64,000 bases of DNA from Octopus sinensis (Eukaryota): assembly GCF_006345805.1 (NCBI RefSeq), contig NC_042999.1:129518001-129582000 (forward strand), given 5' to 3'. The notes below the pieces were generated by a model. It was not told the DNA's origin and did no database searches. It was given only the letters and a program-made list of their open reading frames with translations. Shown one piece after another: positions 62,498 to 64,000 of this stretch (the first letter of the stretch is position 1; each line of letters opens with the position of its first letter). A program made the translations under genes and the position numbers.

Positions 62498-64000
62498 GGT
62501 AAATTACTAAGTAAATGCATGTTGGATAGAGATGTAACAACAGGCTTAGAACATTTGAAATGATGATTGTTGGAATGTAGACTAAGGATGGAGCATTGGT
62601 GAGACGAAATTTATAAGTTAGGCAGATAGAAAAATATTCTGCCATGCTAATAACACAAGTGCATACACACACATATAATTTCACCAGTATAATATGTATA
62701 TGTGTGCATGCATGTGTGTGTTTATCATATACACAGAACAGAGTAGTCAGCTAACAACACCTTTTGTCCTAAGATTTCCTGAAGAAAGAGCCCTAACTCT
62801 GAAGTATTGAAATACCATGTACAAGTACAAACCATCAACCTGCATTATTAATTTTTATAACTTGTATTGCTTTGGTTTTAAAAAAATTATTAAAAACGTG
62901 TGTGTGTGTGTGCATGTGCATGCATGCATGTGCGTGCGTGTGTAAAACATCTATTGAATCACAGCCTGTATGCAATCACTCAACTGTAACATACACTTCT
63001 ATTTATTTCTTAATAGTATTTGTCTACTATGAAGCATGAAAATCTTTTGTTGCCCCTGATTAGTGACACAATTTTCTTTGAGATGTGGTGGGGAAATTGT
63101 GTCACTAACAAGGACAAGACCTTTTTACACTTCAAAATAGATAATGCTATTAAAAAAAATGTGAATATGTAAAACTGAACGTAAAAGCTTAAAGGGTTAA
63201 AATAATTCATCTCTGATGTAATTATACACAGGCATGTGCGTGCATGCACACACACACTCAAGCAAGCTTCACTGAATGAATGTTACCATTGAAGAATAAC
63301 TGGGTTCAGATAAGTTCAGAGGAGAGAAAAAAAAAAGGCAAAATTGAAATTAGCTGTGGCATGAAAGAGAACTGGCACAAACATGTGATGCATAAGTAAG
63401 AAGTTAGTTGGGTGATGAAGGAGCAATGAATCTAAGTAAAAGGAGGTTACTGAAGAGAAAGACTGAGGAAATGGTGAAGGCTGATCTTTGGATGCTGAAC
63501 TTCATGAAGAAGATGACAAGAAACTACAAATAGTAAGAGGAGTAGTGGAGAAGAACCATGCAATCAATGTCAGCATGAGAAAATGGATATAATATGGTGA
63601 CAGTCATGATGATAATGGTGGTGGTGGTGTGGTGGTTATAATAATGGTGATAATTAGAGAATAGCTTGATGAGGATGAAACGATTAGCATTTAGTAATGT
63701 AAGTTAGTAATGTAGCATTAGTATTTAGTAATGTAAGTTTAATTAAACCTTTAGCATTAAGATTACTCTGTCAAATGTAAAGCTTATATGCATATTGTTC
63801 TTAATTAACATGTTAAATGCCAAATATAACACCAGTGGTTCATCACAAACTTCACATAACTGCCATATGCATCACCAGTGGTACATTTTCATAATTTGAG
63901 AAATTATTTTATTCTGTATCTTTGACATGGTTTGGAGGATATGGAAATAACATGAATGCTAAATATTAAAGTATATGAAATATTGTAAAAATACTAAAAG

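Noticed and set aside
62779-62804. Third hammerhead-like string CTGAAGA-A-AGAG-CCCTAA-CTCT-GAAG
   Set aside because: GAAA core is mutated and I found no stem I or III. It could be a PLE scrap or chance.

Overview
AT-rich, repeat-dense animal genomic DNA. The SINE, MITE and LINE families look like those of coleoid cephalopods, probably Octopus (inference from recognised repeat families). One protein-coding gene can be assembled by hand: a minus-strand myeloid leukemia factor (MLF) gene with five coding exons (49664-49713, 28215-28416, 13823-13951, 11027-11183, 9120-9262). All introns are GT-AG, the phases are consistent, and the product is 226 aa. The rest is transposon-derived: RTE, CR1-group, R4/Dong-like and HERO-like LINEs, Penelope-like remnants, a decayed mariner, hAT, Tc1 and TTAA MITEs, a Helentron-type element, several tRNA-derived SINE families, microsatellites and local duplications. 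One 5'-truncated CR1-group LINE keeps an uninterrupted 709-aa RT ORF. The most unusual object is a 366-bp fold-back element in MLF intron 4 (10347-10712). It has TGT...ACA ends and a 4-bp ATAT flank on both sides, and a hammerhead-ribozyme core sits in its rod at a type III three-way junction. Also notable: a CpG-retaining domain (~43-52.5 kb) around the MLF 5' end, a 1-kb polypurine tract upstream of MLF, and a dimeric SINE inserted as one unit. All alignments and CpG impressions were made by eye, with no database searches, and most repeat boundaries are approximate.
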